Source of the DNA: Eledone cirrhosa
Taxonomy: Eukaryota
DNA length: 64,000 nt
Reading direction: 5' to 3'
Assembly (NCBI GenBank): GCA_964016885.1
Contig: OZ024750.1
Location: 24,366,001 to 24,430,000, forward strand
Both the position numbers and the translations under genes were made by a program. Below the pieces are notes generated by a model, which did no database searches, was not told the DNA's origin, and worked only from the letters and a program-made list of their open reading frames with translations. Of the stretch, positions 51,933 through 64,000 are shown one piece after another. Each line of letters begins with the position of its first letter. Position 1 is the stretch's first letter.

Positions 51933-52132
51933 NNNNNNNNNNNNNNNNNNNNNNNNNNNNNNNNNNNNNNNNNNNNNNNNNNNNNNNNNNNNNNNNNNNN
52001 NNNNNNNNNNNNNNNNNNNNNNNNNNNNNNNNNNNNNNNNNNNNNNNNNNNNNNNNNNNNNNNNNNNNNNNNNNNNNNNNNNNNNNNNNNNNNNNNNNNN
52101 NNNNNNNNNNNNNNNNNNNNNNNNNNNNNNNN
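51933..52132. other. Assembly gap (200 N)
   Basis: Run of exactly 200 n. Confidence 1.
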
Positions 52133-52904
52133 TGATTAAACTAACCAGCCAGCCAAGAAACATTTCCCTTTTATATTATATATATAGATGATACTAAAAT
52201 AAATATATAAATTAATATACACATATTCGCTATTATCGGTGGATTGGCAGTATCGGTAGAGGGTCGGACGCCATGCTTTGACGGATAGAGTTACGGCCCT
52301 TGCCATTCTGAGTTCAAATCCCGCAGAGGTTAACTTTGCCTTTCATCCTTACGGGGTCGATAAAATAAAGTACCAGTAATACACTGGATTTTTGCTGGCC
52401 TTGTGCCAAAAGTAGAAACAATTATTATAGTTGAAGATGATGATATAGAATGTTATATGTGTGTAAACAAGCGTTCGCTTCAACGGCATCGCTGACAACA
52501 GACGCGCAGTGAGAATCCATTGTAGTCGTCGCCCAGCCTGCTAAAAATAAAAATAGTCAGGCTGGTTAACATACATGAAATGTTTTCCCCCTTCCTTAAT
52601 TTTATAAAATGAATATCAATAAACTTTCCTGGGTATACCATTCTTACATTTTTTTTTCAATAAAAGAATCCAGATTTACATAACAAATCCGTAAATAACA
52701 CCAAAAATTACTCGCTATTTATTCAGAATGACAACGTGTATAATGACACATGTCAGGTTTCGTTTTTGTGTGATGCGCGAAGAAAACTTACTAACCAGTT
52801 AACCAACAACGAACATCTCTCTTTTATATCATACTAGCTAAGGTACCAGCTTCGTCCGGGTAAACAGATGATAAGATAGGACTGGTAGAAGAGAAAACGA
52901 GAAA

Positions 52905-53140
52905 AAATAGGGGAGGAGAAGACCCGTACATTAAATTACACATCACAACAAGAGGCGTGGGAGTTTCACTCTGATACTTTGGGGGACAAGCCAATAACAC
53001 CCTTGCAGCATTACCGAGGGTAATAGCATGGCTAAGGTGCTGGAATAACCAAGCACCCTCACGGGAAACACCTGATACATCGATAAGGCGAGCCGCCAAC
53101 AATGACAAAAACTTCGTTGTTAGCGAACCAGCTCCCCCAA
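52905..53140 (-). mobile_element. CRE-like 3' fragment
   Basis: KFLSLLAARLIDVSGVSREGAWLFQHLSHAITLGNAARVL. Confidence 0.75.
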
Positions 53141-53529
53141 ACTTTTCGAACCTCACAGACTGAAAAAATAGTTTGTCGAAAATTATATTCCGTTCGGCTA
53201 TTCCAAAGATTCACAACAAATTCTTTCCATATCATAGAACTGGGAAATTATAACACACATAACCCTATCAGTCAACTAACAGAAAATTGTATTACGGTTA
53301 CGAAAACATTTCTAAATAGGTTGTAGCGGTTGTCTCCCTTGTTTTGATTAGGATCTAGACGGGAAGTCAAAACGGTAACTACTAACTTTGCTTCATTTTA
53401 ACAACATCCTCATCTTTGACATGTCAAGTATACTATCTACCATTGTTAATTAAATATTATACACACAAACCATGTCTCGTTTTGTTACATTCATACAACC
53501 TCAGTAATCTCGCTATAAGGTCTACATGG

Positions 53530-53615
53530 TAAAATTAAAAGCGGTCATCGCGGGCCACTCTGACTGGTCTGGCGGGCCGGGTTGTGGCCCGTGAGCCGCC
53601 TGTTGCACGCCCCTG
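53530..53615. mobile_element. hAT (Charlie-like) terminus
   Basis: GCGGGCC...GGCCCGTGAGCCGCCTGTTGCACGCCCCTG, resembling Charlie-type ends. Confidence 0.55.
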
Positions 53616-54081
53616 CTTTAAGGGATAATGATTCGGCCCAGGACCCACTTGATAATTAGATTCAGCTCGGTATAGCTGAAGATCTGTGATGTCACAACGA
53701 CATTTAAAAACGCCCACTACACCGACTTCTACTCTGAGAGAATTAATATATAGAAATCATCTTGATTAAGTTGGCTGCCGATGTCAGCCACAGGTAAAGT
53801 ATCAACCCAGTCCCTCGAGAATTTGGCACTAGCAAAAAGAAAGCGGTACCTTCAAAACTGATCAGATTGATCAAAGAGAGTTGAAAGTTTCTCAGACCCT
53901 CCACTGTATGTGCTTCATTCAACTTCCCACCAGAGTCGAGCAAACATAGATGGAAGAAAAAAAGCAGAGAAGAGACAGTCAGACATTAATTAAAAAAAAT
54001 GTCGACCGTTACACCAGTTGACACAAACAAGCTGAGGTGATAGGTATAGGTGAGTTAGTACAAAATGACAAGACAGCTTAC

Positions 54082-54249
54082 CATAGGCAGTACAAAGCCA
54101 TCGTTATAATCTGTATGTTCTCCTATTAGATTGACACGGCCCGGAGCGCAAGCAGCTACAACAGGCTGACATTTAAATCGATCGTTGAATGCTGTCGTAG
54201 CTTCTTTTAGTAAACTTCCTATATCTTTAATTTGGGTTGCTTCAGTCAT
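54082..54249 (-). CDS. GALK1: Galactokinase, first coding exon (56 codons)
   Basis: Translates [56 protein letters not shown], containing the galactokinase signature [12 protein letters not shown]. It is followed immediately by the donor ATG|gtaagc (54081), phase 0, the position I recall for vertebrate GALK1 intron 1 (after ...VLPM). Confidence 0.93.
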
Positions 54250-54479
54250 TCTGGATATATCGAGAAATCTTACTCCAGAATAAAGATCGTTTTCCTTTAT
54301 ATTAATGGATCTAAATAAAATTATCAATAACTATATAGGAAAATTTTCGGTTTTTCTTTTTTCTTTTCTTTATTTTCCTCCTTCTACGAGATAAACAGAT
54401 TTCCAGGGCAGAAAACAATCCACTTTAGCGATGTTTATCACACTATAGGTCATAAGATAAGACAAGAACCGAAGGAAGG

Positions 54480-54545
54480 GGGACAAAAGGGCGCGTTAAC
54501 CACTAACCAATCAGAAATCATCATTTCTATTCTGATTGATAACAA
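54480..54545 (-). promoter_or_regulatory. Putative GALK1 proximal promoter (CCAAT box)
   Basis: AACCAATCAG at about 54505-54514 with an inverted AATCAGAA..TTCTGATT pair and a GGCGCG element, about 260 bp upstream of the ATG. Confidence 0.4.
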
Positions 54546-54787
54546 ACATCATTGTATCCCTATCAGCTACATCAACACATGTTGAATTAAAGTATAGTAA
54601 ACAATTAAAGAAAGAAGTTAGTTGACAACACTGCACTATGTGAAAAACACTAATTTAAAACGCATTGTACAGAACGCCATATACTTTATATACACACTGT
54701 ACAGGACAATTTTACTTTATAGACGCTGTAACGCGCACTATATACTTCAAAAAAAAGTATATACAATTATATACTTTTTTTTGGAAG

Positions 54788-55043
54788 AGGCTATGTAGCC
54801 GGTAAGAGTGTCAGACACCATAAGTTGTGGCCCGAGTTAAGACAATTTAAAATCTTTTCCACCATCAATTGTTAAAAAACAAGTGAACATCATTTAGTCG
54901 TCCATTCGTAACGTACGTTACACTTTAGTTACATACACACACATCTACACATAAACAGATACAGACAACAGAAGGAAGGGGCTGGTGAAACGCTATAGCG
55001 ATGTGTGTTGCGTCCCTTTAGTGCTTACCGGCTACATAGCCTA
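54788..55043. mobile_element. Short inverted-repeat element
   Basis: Perfect 19-bp inverted repeat AGGCTATGTAGCCGGTAAG...CTTACCGGCTACATAGCCT; second copy at 19970-20193. Confidence 0.8.
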
Positions 55044-55794
55044 TTTGTACTTTTTTTTTTTTTTAAATATTTTTTATATACCTGCTGTGATGAACACTAT
55101 AACTTTATAAACACACTAAAGCGGTTATAGTGAAAACTGATTTTAAATCAGAAATTGACAACCTCTACAATCCAGCTTTTACATATACGCGCGCGCGCGC
55201 ATACACACACACACATTATATATATTTTTAAAAAAGACCGCGATAATATTGCTTTTTGCTGAACTCCTTATTGTAGAGTTTTTTTCGGAATGTTTTTGAC
55301 TGTTGTTTCATGTAAACAAACATTCGTCTCATTCTGACGTCACCAGCCCTGTTTTTCCACATGTGCATTTTATTTTCATAATCACGCATGATGTTAAACT
55401 AGCCTGCTTTTAAATTCCCTTTTTGGCATATCAATCAGTGAGAATTTTGGCTATCGTGTTGAGCTCTGCTGAGGATCGGTTTCCAACCGTGACCATCTCC
55501 ACTGAAAATGTTCGTGAAATAGTCTTTTCAAGACTATACAGAGCATTTGTAGTTGTCCCAAATTGAAGGATGAGTATTTTAAACTTTATTTTATCATGAG
55601 TTAAGGCTCTATTGATTTTTTCCCTGGATTTCACTAAATTCTGTTGGATAAATCTATATCCCGATTCTTTTTGGATTGAGTTTGAATTATTTTTCCCACA
55701 TCTTACGTTAACTATTTTCCCATTTTGACGCTATAGTCACTTATATATTATGGAATACTGTTGGCTTCTTGCTACAATACTTTCTATACCTTTC

Positions 55795-55840
<46 letters not shown>

Positions 55841-55869
55841 GAGGTGTGTCAGAAAAGTAACTATTATTC

Positions 55870-56122
55870 TCCAAGTACCGGTCGCTCTCCATAAGTGCGG
55901 AGCTGGCTAGCCGCAGGTGTGAGAGCCTCGCGAGTTGGATTGGCTCTTCCAGCGCATCTCCCTTACCATCCACCGGGGAACGCTTCTTCATTCTGTCCGC
56001 CGGGGCTGTTGGGAGGCCAACACGTGGGACCCCATTTGCTCACCATACAGAGTGATGGGGGAGGGCGAGAGAGATGGAGGCGATGACAGTGGGAGTTCGG
56101 CTCTTGCACGTTCGGACCTTAT
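55870..56122 (+). mobile_element. CRE-like 3' fragment
   Basis: WLFQRISLTIHRG; same 3' UTR as 37700-37810. Confidence 0.78.
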
Positions 56123-56214
56123 CCTTGTGGTTGTGTTCATTATCTATAGAGTTCATGTATTGAGTACCTTACTAAGTGTTTAGTGTGCTGTATGGGCTAT
56201 GAGTGGGGTAGGGA

Positions 56215-56300
56215 TAAGCGGGTTGCGTCAACATGTGACGTAATATCCGAGGCGCGGGGAAAGGGGTACATATAACTGCGGTCTCAGCTCTGCATCTATT
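56215..56300 (+). promoter_or_regulatory. Promoter-like CpG cluster (CRE-like site plus TATA-like box)
   Basis: TTGCGTCA and TGACGTAA motifs, GGCGCGGGG, then CATATAAC, in otherwise CpG-poor DNA. Confidence 0.3.
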
Positions 56301-57699
56301 GTATGTTTCTTTCCCGTGCCTTTGTCAACAGTTCCTCAGTTATTTGTATTATAGGATTTCATCAAATTTTTCGCAACACTATTTTATTATTTTATATATT
56401 TTCTGTTGTGTAATCCTCAAATTACACATCTTCGTTTCTTTCTTGAAACAAAGAAAAGCAAAGAAAAGGAAAAATAGAAGCTAATTTATTGAACAATTCA
56501 TTGAAAACTTCCTACAATACAAATAGGTATTCTGTGACATTCTTTAGAACACTTGAAAATAATTCGATAATCGTTTCTTCGTATTGTTGAAGTACAGTGA
56601 AGAAAGCCTCCACATTTCAAAATGTCACCACACTGTGAAATTACACATAGATTTTCAAGTTCATTTTGGAAGCAATGCCATTGACAATAGCTTATTATAG
56701 AAACTATAAGAGCTCACTCATCTTCAAGGAAGCACAATGCTTATTATGGAGATCCATCCTGAATCAAGTTTATCTTCAGTTCTATAAAATAACACATATA
56801 TATATAATTGTTTCTACTTTTGGCACAAGGCCAGCAATTACCCAGTGCATGACTGGTACTTTATTTTATCGACCACGTAAGGATGAAAGGCAAAGCTAAC
56901 CTCGGCGGGATTTGAACTCAGATCGTAAAGGGACGTAACTATGCTGCAAAGCATGGCGTCCGACCCTCTACCGATACTGCCAAATATAAATATATAATTG
57001 TTTCTACTTTAGGCACAAGGTCAGCAATTACTCAGTGCATTACTGGTACTTAATTTTATCGACCCCGTAAGGATGAAAGGCAAAGTCAACCTCGGCGGGA
57101 TTTGAACTCAGATCGTAAAGGGACGTAACTATGCTGGAAAGCATGGCGTCCGACCGATACTGCCAACCTTACAGAAACACTATAGCTCTTTCAGTCATTC
57201 CACTCAGCTCCACTTCTCTCTCTCTCTCTCTCTATTCGAGGTTTTTTCACCTTTTACTCACACAATCTCACCCCTCTCCCTCTCTCTCTATATATATGTA
57301 TATATATATATACATATAAAATAATATATGTATATATATATACATATAAAATAAATATATATATATATATCATCATCATTTTACGTCCGCTTTTCCCTGC
57401 TTGCAAAGGTGGGACCGGAACTGATTCTGGCTTGATTTCTACAGCTGGATGCCCTTCCTAACACCAACCTCATTTACAGTGAGTGCTGGGTGCTTTTTTG
57501 CCGTGGCACCTTCACGACCACTTTGCAGTGGAATGATAGGAACCCCAGTCCCTATCATCTCATTTCTACAGCTGAGTAAACTGGAGCAATGTGAAATAAA
57601 GTGTCTTGCTCAAGGAAACAACACATCACCCGGTCTGAGAATTGAACTCACAACCTTTCGATTGCAAGGCCAATGCTCTAACCACTAAGCCATGTGCCT

Positions 57700-57830
<131 letters not shown>

Positions 57831-58133
57831 AGTCCTATGCGAGCAAGACAACCACTCTTGCCTCAAGTGGGAAAACTCCCATCCAAACCCATGCAAGCGT
57901 GGAACATGGACGTTAAATGATGATGATGATGATGATATGTATATATATGTGTATATATATGTGTATATATATATATACATATACATATATATATATACAT
58001 ATATATATATACATATATATATATACATATATATATATATACATATATATATACATATATATATATACATGTATATGTATATATATATATATCATCATAT
58101 CATCGTTTAATGTCCATCTTCCACACTAGCATG

Positions 58134-58176
<43 letters not shown>

Positions 58177-58490
58177 GGTATATATATATATATATATATA
58201 TATAAGTGTGTTTGTTGGAAAGTATGGCAATAAAGAAAGAATCTAACATACACAAGGACGAAGTCGATGAAGAATTGTCGCAAATGAGGAGCAAAAAAAG
58301 AGGAAATGAGAAAGGACAGAAGGAAGATAAAAAAAAGAAAGAAAAAAGAAAAGAAAGAAAGAAAGGAGGAAAGAATATGGGAGAAGATGGAAGAGAAAAA
58401 AGAAAATGTGTGTGTTGACTATTAGATGTAATTATGTTCACTGATAACAATTGGTAAGTTTAGAAGAAATAACTGTCTTCACCAGCTGAG

Positions 58491-58529
<39 letters not shown>

Positions 58530-58794
58530 TATATACACACATATATATATACACACACATATATATATACACATATATATATATACACACACATATATAT
58601 ATACACATATATATATACACACATATATATATATACACATATATATATACACACACACATATATATATATATACACACATATATATATATACACACATAT
58701 ATATATACACACATATATATATACACACATATATATATACACACACACATATATATATACACACACACATATATATATACACACACATATATAT

Positions 58795-58837
<43 letters not shown>

Positions 58838-59062
58838 TACACACAAACTCACACACATATATATATATATACACACATATATATATACACACACATATAT
58901 ATATATATACACACACATATATATACACACAAACACACACACACACATTATATATATATACACACATATATATATATATACACACATATATATATACACA
59001 CACATATATACACACACACATATCTATACACACAAACTCACACACACATTATATATATATAC

Positions 59063-59111
<49 letters not shown>

Positions 59112-60056
59112 TATATAGGTTCCAAAGAGATTGTTTTGGTAAAAACAGGAGCAAGCAGGAGAAAGCTTTCAACATTTGTAGTTTTTAGTTACGATGGAGA
59201 TTCAGTATAATAATTATTTCTACGTTTGGCACAAGGCCAGCAATTATCCCAGTGTATTACTGGTACTTTATTTTATCGACCCCGTAAGGATGAAAGGCAA
59301 AGTTAACCTCGGCGGGAGATTCAGTATAATAATTATTTCTACGTTTGGCACAAGGCCAGCAATTATATCAGTGTATTACTGGTACTTTATTTTATCGACC
59401 CCGTAAGGATGAAAGGCAAAGTCAACCTCGGCGGGTAATAACATTAATAATGATGCTGATGTTACATAAATCATTTATAATTATTTTAACAGTTCTCCCA
59501 TGTAATTAAGATGTAATTCATGCATTTGTTGTTATGAGAACGGTATCCTCAGATGAAATTCGATTTTGTGATATGGGGGCATATTTAATATAGAAATGGC
59601 TATGTGTTATTTACCTTTAAGTTAGCCCTGTCTGACAGAAAATACCTTGTTTCTTCCAGATAGAAACAGAATTGACACAAGTACTTGAAAGATACCTTTT
59701 TATTGATCCAAATAGAATGAAATGCAAAAGGGGTCATTTTAAATAGGTGGCATTGAAGAGAAAGTACAATCTGATTGAATTGATATATGATATTATTAGT
59801 ACTGATTTTATTGATTATGTAGTGATAGGTTGCTAGAGCATATATATATATTTATACCTTCCAGGATCGAAGTTCAAGACAATGAAGTATTGAACATATT
59901 ATGTTGTTAAAACATTTAGTCTGGCATTCTTCTGTCTCTGCGATGTTTCCTATCCACAGCAGAATAGGTGAAACTTTGATTGATTTGCTAGAAATAGCAG
60001 ATAAAGAAAATGAAAGAAGTCGGTTGTCAGATCATATTGAGGAAATAATATTTCCT

Positions 60057-60496
60057 TTAACCCTGTAGTATTAACATTACTCTATATTTAGTATTATATT
60101 TTCATGGTAAAGACTTTAACTCTTTCGCATTTAAACTGGCCGTATCCGGCCAGAACTCTCATTTCTTTTTGTTTAAACCGGCTGTAACTGGCCATTCATA
60201 CCTACATAAAGATATTATTCTCAAAATAAATAACATCAAAATCTCAAAGATTTGATAATATGTGAGATAATTATGTAAGGTAAAGCCTTTACTGTGAAAA
60301 TACAATAGTAAATATAGAGTAATATAAATGCTAAAGGGTTAACTCACATAATATTGAATCTATGACATTTTGATATTATTTATTTTGAGAACAATTCCTA
60401 AACATTGGTACATGTGGCCAGTTACAGCTGGTTTGAACAGAAAGAGGTGAGAGAATTCTGGCTGGTTATGGTGGGTTTAAATGCTAAAGGATTAAT
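60057..60496. mobile_element. piggyBac MITE nested inside a copy of itself
   Basis: The outer copy is interrupted at TTAA (about 60116) by an inverted inner copy ending GGGTTAA at about 60342. Confidence 0.8.
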
Positions 60497-60611
60497 CTTT
60501 CCATTACTGTTACTATCTGATGGTTGTAACTCTTGGCAAAAATATCATCACTTTTCTGGTGTCACAAGGTGAGATTTAAACTGAGAATAAACAGAATCAG
60601 AACAGATACTA

Positions 60612-61405
60612 AGAAAACAATGTTTCCTTTGGGATTTCCATTATTGATACTATCTGTTGGTCCTAACTCATGACAGAAGAAAGGAGCTGATCGTCAGAAT
60701 AGACCAGGGAAACAATGTTTCCATTAGTTTTTCTATTGTTTATACTATCTGCTAGTCCCAACTCCTGCCAGAAAAAAGGAATAGATCATCAGATTGGACC
60801 AAGGAAACAATGTTTCCATTAATTTTTCTATTGCTGATACCATTTGTTAGTTGCAGCTCCTGGCAGAAGGAAGGAACTGACGGTCATACTGGACCAAGTA
60901 AACAATGTTTCCATTGGTCTTTCCATTGCTGATATTGTTGGTGACAAATCTTAGAAGAAGAAATGAGCTGATCGTTAGATTGGACCAAGGAAACAATGTT
61001 TCCATTGGTCTTTCCATTGCTAATCCTATCTGTTAATTGCAATTTCAGGCAGAAGAATGAAGCAGATCATCAGATTGAACCAAAGAAACAATGTTTCCAT
61101 TGGTCTTTCCATTGCTGATACTATCTGTTGGTCACAACTCATGACAGACGAGTGTTTATTGTTAGATTGGACCGATGAAACAATGTTTCCATTGGTCTTT
61201 CCATTGCTGATACTGTCTGTTGGTCCCAACTCATGACAGAAGAGTGTTTATTGTTAGATTGGACCGATGAAACAATGTTTCCATTGGTCTTTCCATTGCC
61301 GATACTGTCTGTTGGTCCCAACTCATGACAGAAGAGTGTTTATTGTTAGATTGGACCGATGAAACAATGTTTCCATTGGTCTTTCCATTGCTGATACTGT
61401 CGGTC
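60612..61405. repeat. 92-95-bp tandem repeat (about 9 units)
   Basis: GAAACAATGTTTCCATTGG recurs at e.g. 61177, 61269 and 61361. Confidence 0.93.
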
Positions 61406-61819
61406 ACAACTTCTGGTAGAGCATCACAACTTTTCAGGTGTCAGGAGACAAGATATGAACTCACAACTCAAAGGGTCATGTCAATAAATACCATCATAAA
61501 GCATCCCATCTGATATTTTAACAATTCTGCCATTGCCCCCACCCCATGCACCTGTATTTTATTTATTGATTCAGGTACTTTGAGTTTTGAGTTTAAATTC
61601 TGCACAGGAATTAAAATCCTACCGATGGCCAGAGCTAATCACCTGACCTCAGGGCCACAACTGATTATGTTGGTTGTCTGCTATTGCAGTTAATGATGAT
61701 GATGATAGTGATGTCGACAACAATGCCACAAACCAACGACAATGACAACAGCAGCAACAACAACAACGACAGGGGATGAAAGCAAAGCTAACCTCAGCAG
61801 GAAAATAAAACATGAGGAA

Positions 61820-61960
61820 GGAGGAGCCCTGTGAGGTGGGGGGTGGCTGTTGCAGCGGGTGTCACTGACCATTGTCCACAGAAATGCTTTTGTGGTGTTG
61901 TCCGTGGGGGCGCAGCCCCTTTACCCTAGGCCCAGAGCCCAATTATCCTCCTCTCCCCAT
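61820..61960 (+). mobile_element. Old CRE-like 3' fragment
   Basis: GWLLQRVSLTIVHRNAFVVLS. Confidence 0.55.
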
Positions 61961-62713
61961 TCTTCTGTGACACTAGAGTTCTTTCCCATTCCCTTCCTGT
62001 TCTGTTTTTTCTTCTTTTTATCTTTTTCTTTATATTTTCCTATTTTACATTGCACTCAGTGCTCCAGTGGGAGCCCCTACATGGACACACTGGAAGAGGA
62101 AGACCAAGGTTGATGCCCTAAGGACAGTCACTGGTCTGTTGGAGATGCAGGACATGGCAGCGATAATGAGGGACAGAGACCGCTGGAGAGAACTCGTCCA
62201 TGGATCTCGGGAATTTTACCCGCCCTAGACATTCCATTCTTCTCAATCTAAATTTTCTTTTTTTTTTCTTTTTCTATTAAACTGTATTTACATGATATAT
62301 TCCATAAATAAAATTACCCAAAAGTGTTAAGTTATGTTCCAAATACTAACTTAATAGTGAGAAAGTTAGTTATATTAGTAAATCCCTCCAAATTCATGAT
62401 TATTTTCAAATTTAGTTGAAAAGCATAGGCAAAATATGGTAATTTAAACTGGCCATATCATACATATATATGTACATATGTATGTATGTCAGTATGTATG
62501 TATGTCAGTATGTATGTATGTCAGTATGTATGTATGTATGTATGTATGTGTGTGTGTATGTCAATATGCATTTATGTGTTTATCTGACAGCAGTTTTTCT
62601 GTTGAATAATAGCTTGATATTTTATGTATTACTTGTTGACAACTTTGCTAGCCAATCACACCCAACAATATGTCAGGCAGCATCTACTTGCTTCAAGGTC
62701 ACCATTATGATCC

Positions 62714-63225
62714 TCAACTCTTTCTGTTCAAACCGGCTGTAACCAGCAGCTTATACTGATGTTAAGATATTGTACTCAAAATAAATAATATCAAAATCTC
62801 ATAGATTCGATATTATAATTATGTGAGGTAGAGTCTTTACCACAAAAATATAATAGTAAATATAGAGTAATGTAAATGCTAAAGGGTTAAGTTATGTTCC
62901 AAACACCAAGTTAATAATGATAAAGTTAGTTATGTTACTAAATCCCTCCAAATTCTTGATTATTTTCAAAATTAGTTGAAAAGCATAGGCAAAATATGGT
63001 AACAACTGGTTTAACCCTTTAGCATTTACATTACTCTATATTTACTATTATATTTTTACAGTAAAGGCTTTATCTCACATAATATTGAATGTATGAGGTT
63101 TTGATATTATTTACTTTGAGAACAATACATTAACATCAATATGAATGACCAGTTACAACTGGTTTGAGCTGAAAGAAGTGGTTAATTTTGGCCGGATATG
63201 GTTGGTTTAAATGCTTAAGGGTTAA
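62714..63225. mobile_element. piggyBac-type MITE copies
   Basis: Same termini at about 62714-62890 and 63011-63225. Confidence 0.75.
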
Positions 63226-63294
63226 AGAGTTTTTATTTATCTAAAGTCCTTCCATCTGTGTGTGTGTTTGTGTGTGTATTAATCATTCCTCTGA

Positions 63295-63686
63295 CACCAT
63301 CACTACCACCACCGCTGCTACCACCACCACCACCATCACCACTACCACCACCACTGCTACCACCACCACCATCACAACTACCACCACCACCTCTACCACC
63401 ACCACCATCACCACTACCACCACCACCACCACCACCATCACCAGTACCACCATCACCACTACCGCTGCTACCACCACCACCACCACCACCATCACTGCCA
63501 CCACCGCTACTACTACCACCACCACCACCACCACCATCACTGCCACCACCGCTACTACTACCACCACCACCACCACCACTACCACTACCACTGCCACCAC
63601 CACCATCACCATTGCCACCACTGTTACTACCACCAACACCACCAACACCACCACCACCGCTACCACCACCACCACCACCACTACCA
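63295..63686. repeat. (ACC)n trinucleotide repeat
   Basis: Visible directly; produces the poly-Pro/Thr/Val ORFs. Confidence 0.95.
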
Positions 63687-64000
63687 TTAGTAGTTATTAT
63701 AGTAGCCCCACTACTCAGTAATATTCAATAGAAAATCAAGAAGGGGGAGGGAAACAAGATAGGTAATATTACTAAATCAATACTGATTCCATTCCTCCTT
63801 CTCACTCATTCTCCCTCTGTCTCTCTTTCTCCCATCTGTCCCTCCTCTTTTTCTCTCTTTCTCTGTATGTATCTCTACATTTCTCATTGCTTTCATATCT
63901 CTCTCTCTCTCTCTCTTTCTGTTTATTTATATTTCTCTCTCTAGCCCTATCTCTCTCTCTCTCTCTCTCTCTTCCTCACTCTTTCTCCCCAAGTCTCTTT

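Noticed and set aside
55465-55525. CTGAGGA...GAAA as a hammerhead
   Set aside because: Stem II does not close onto GAAA and there is no stem I complement.
63258-63731. Poly-proline / poly-threonine ORFs (formin-, extensin- or mucin-like)
   Set aside because: Pure (ACC)n repeat open in several frames, with no flanking domain or clear splice sites.

Overview
Repeat-dense eukaryotic DNA, most likely a coleoid cephalopod (octopus-like; inferred from the SINE family and extreme microsatellite load). There is one assembly gap (200 N, 51933-52132). The only confidently identified host coding sequence is exon 1 of galactokinase (GALK1, minus strand, 54082-54249). Two further minus-strand 5' ends are suggested by CpG-rich stretches with strong splice donors (about 19.5-21.3 kb and about 50.7 kb), plus a candidate 13-nt microexon at 345-357. 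The rest is mobile DNA and repeats: more than 30 copies of a tRNA-derived SINE, piggyBac/hAT/Tigger-type MITEs, RTE and CRE-like LINE fragments, nested Gypsy remnants with a solo LTR, a complete non-coding LTR element with a tRNA-Trp primer site, a Helitron remnant and several satellites. The most interesting signals are (1) minimal hammerhead ribozymes in (TA)n-embedded, often fold-back, Penelope-like elements at 27-33.5 kb and (2) an unassigned, heavily base-paired segment of about 180 nt lying between a TATA-like box and a T6 run (19693-19905), a possible Pol III ncRNA. Almost all ORFs in the supplied track are microsatellite artefacts. All calls were made by eye; no database searches or folding programs were run.
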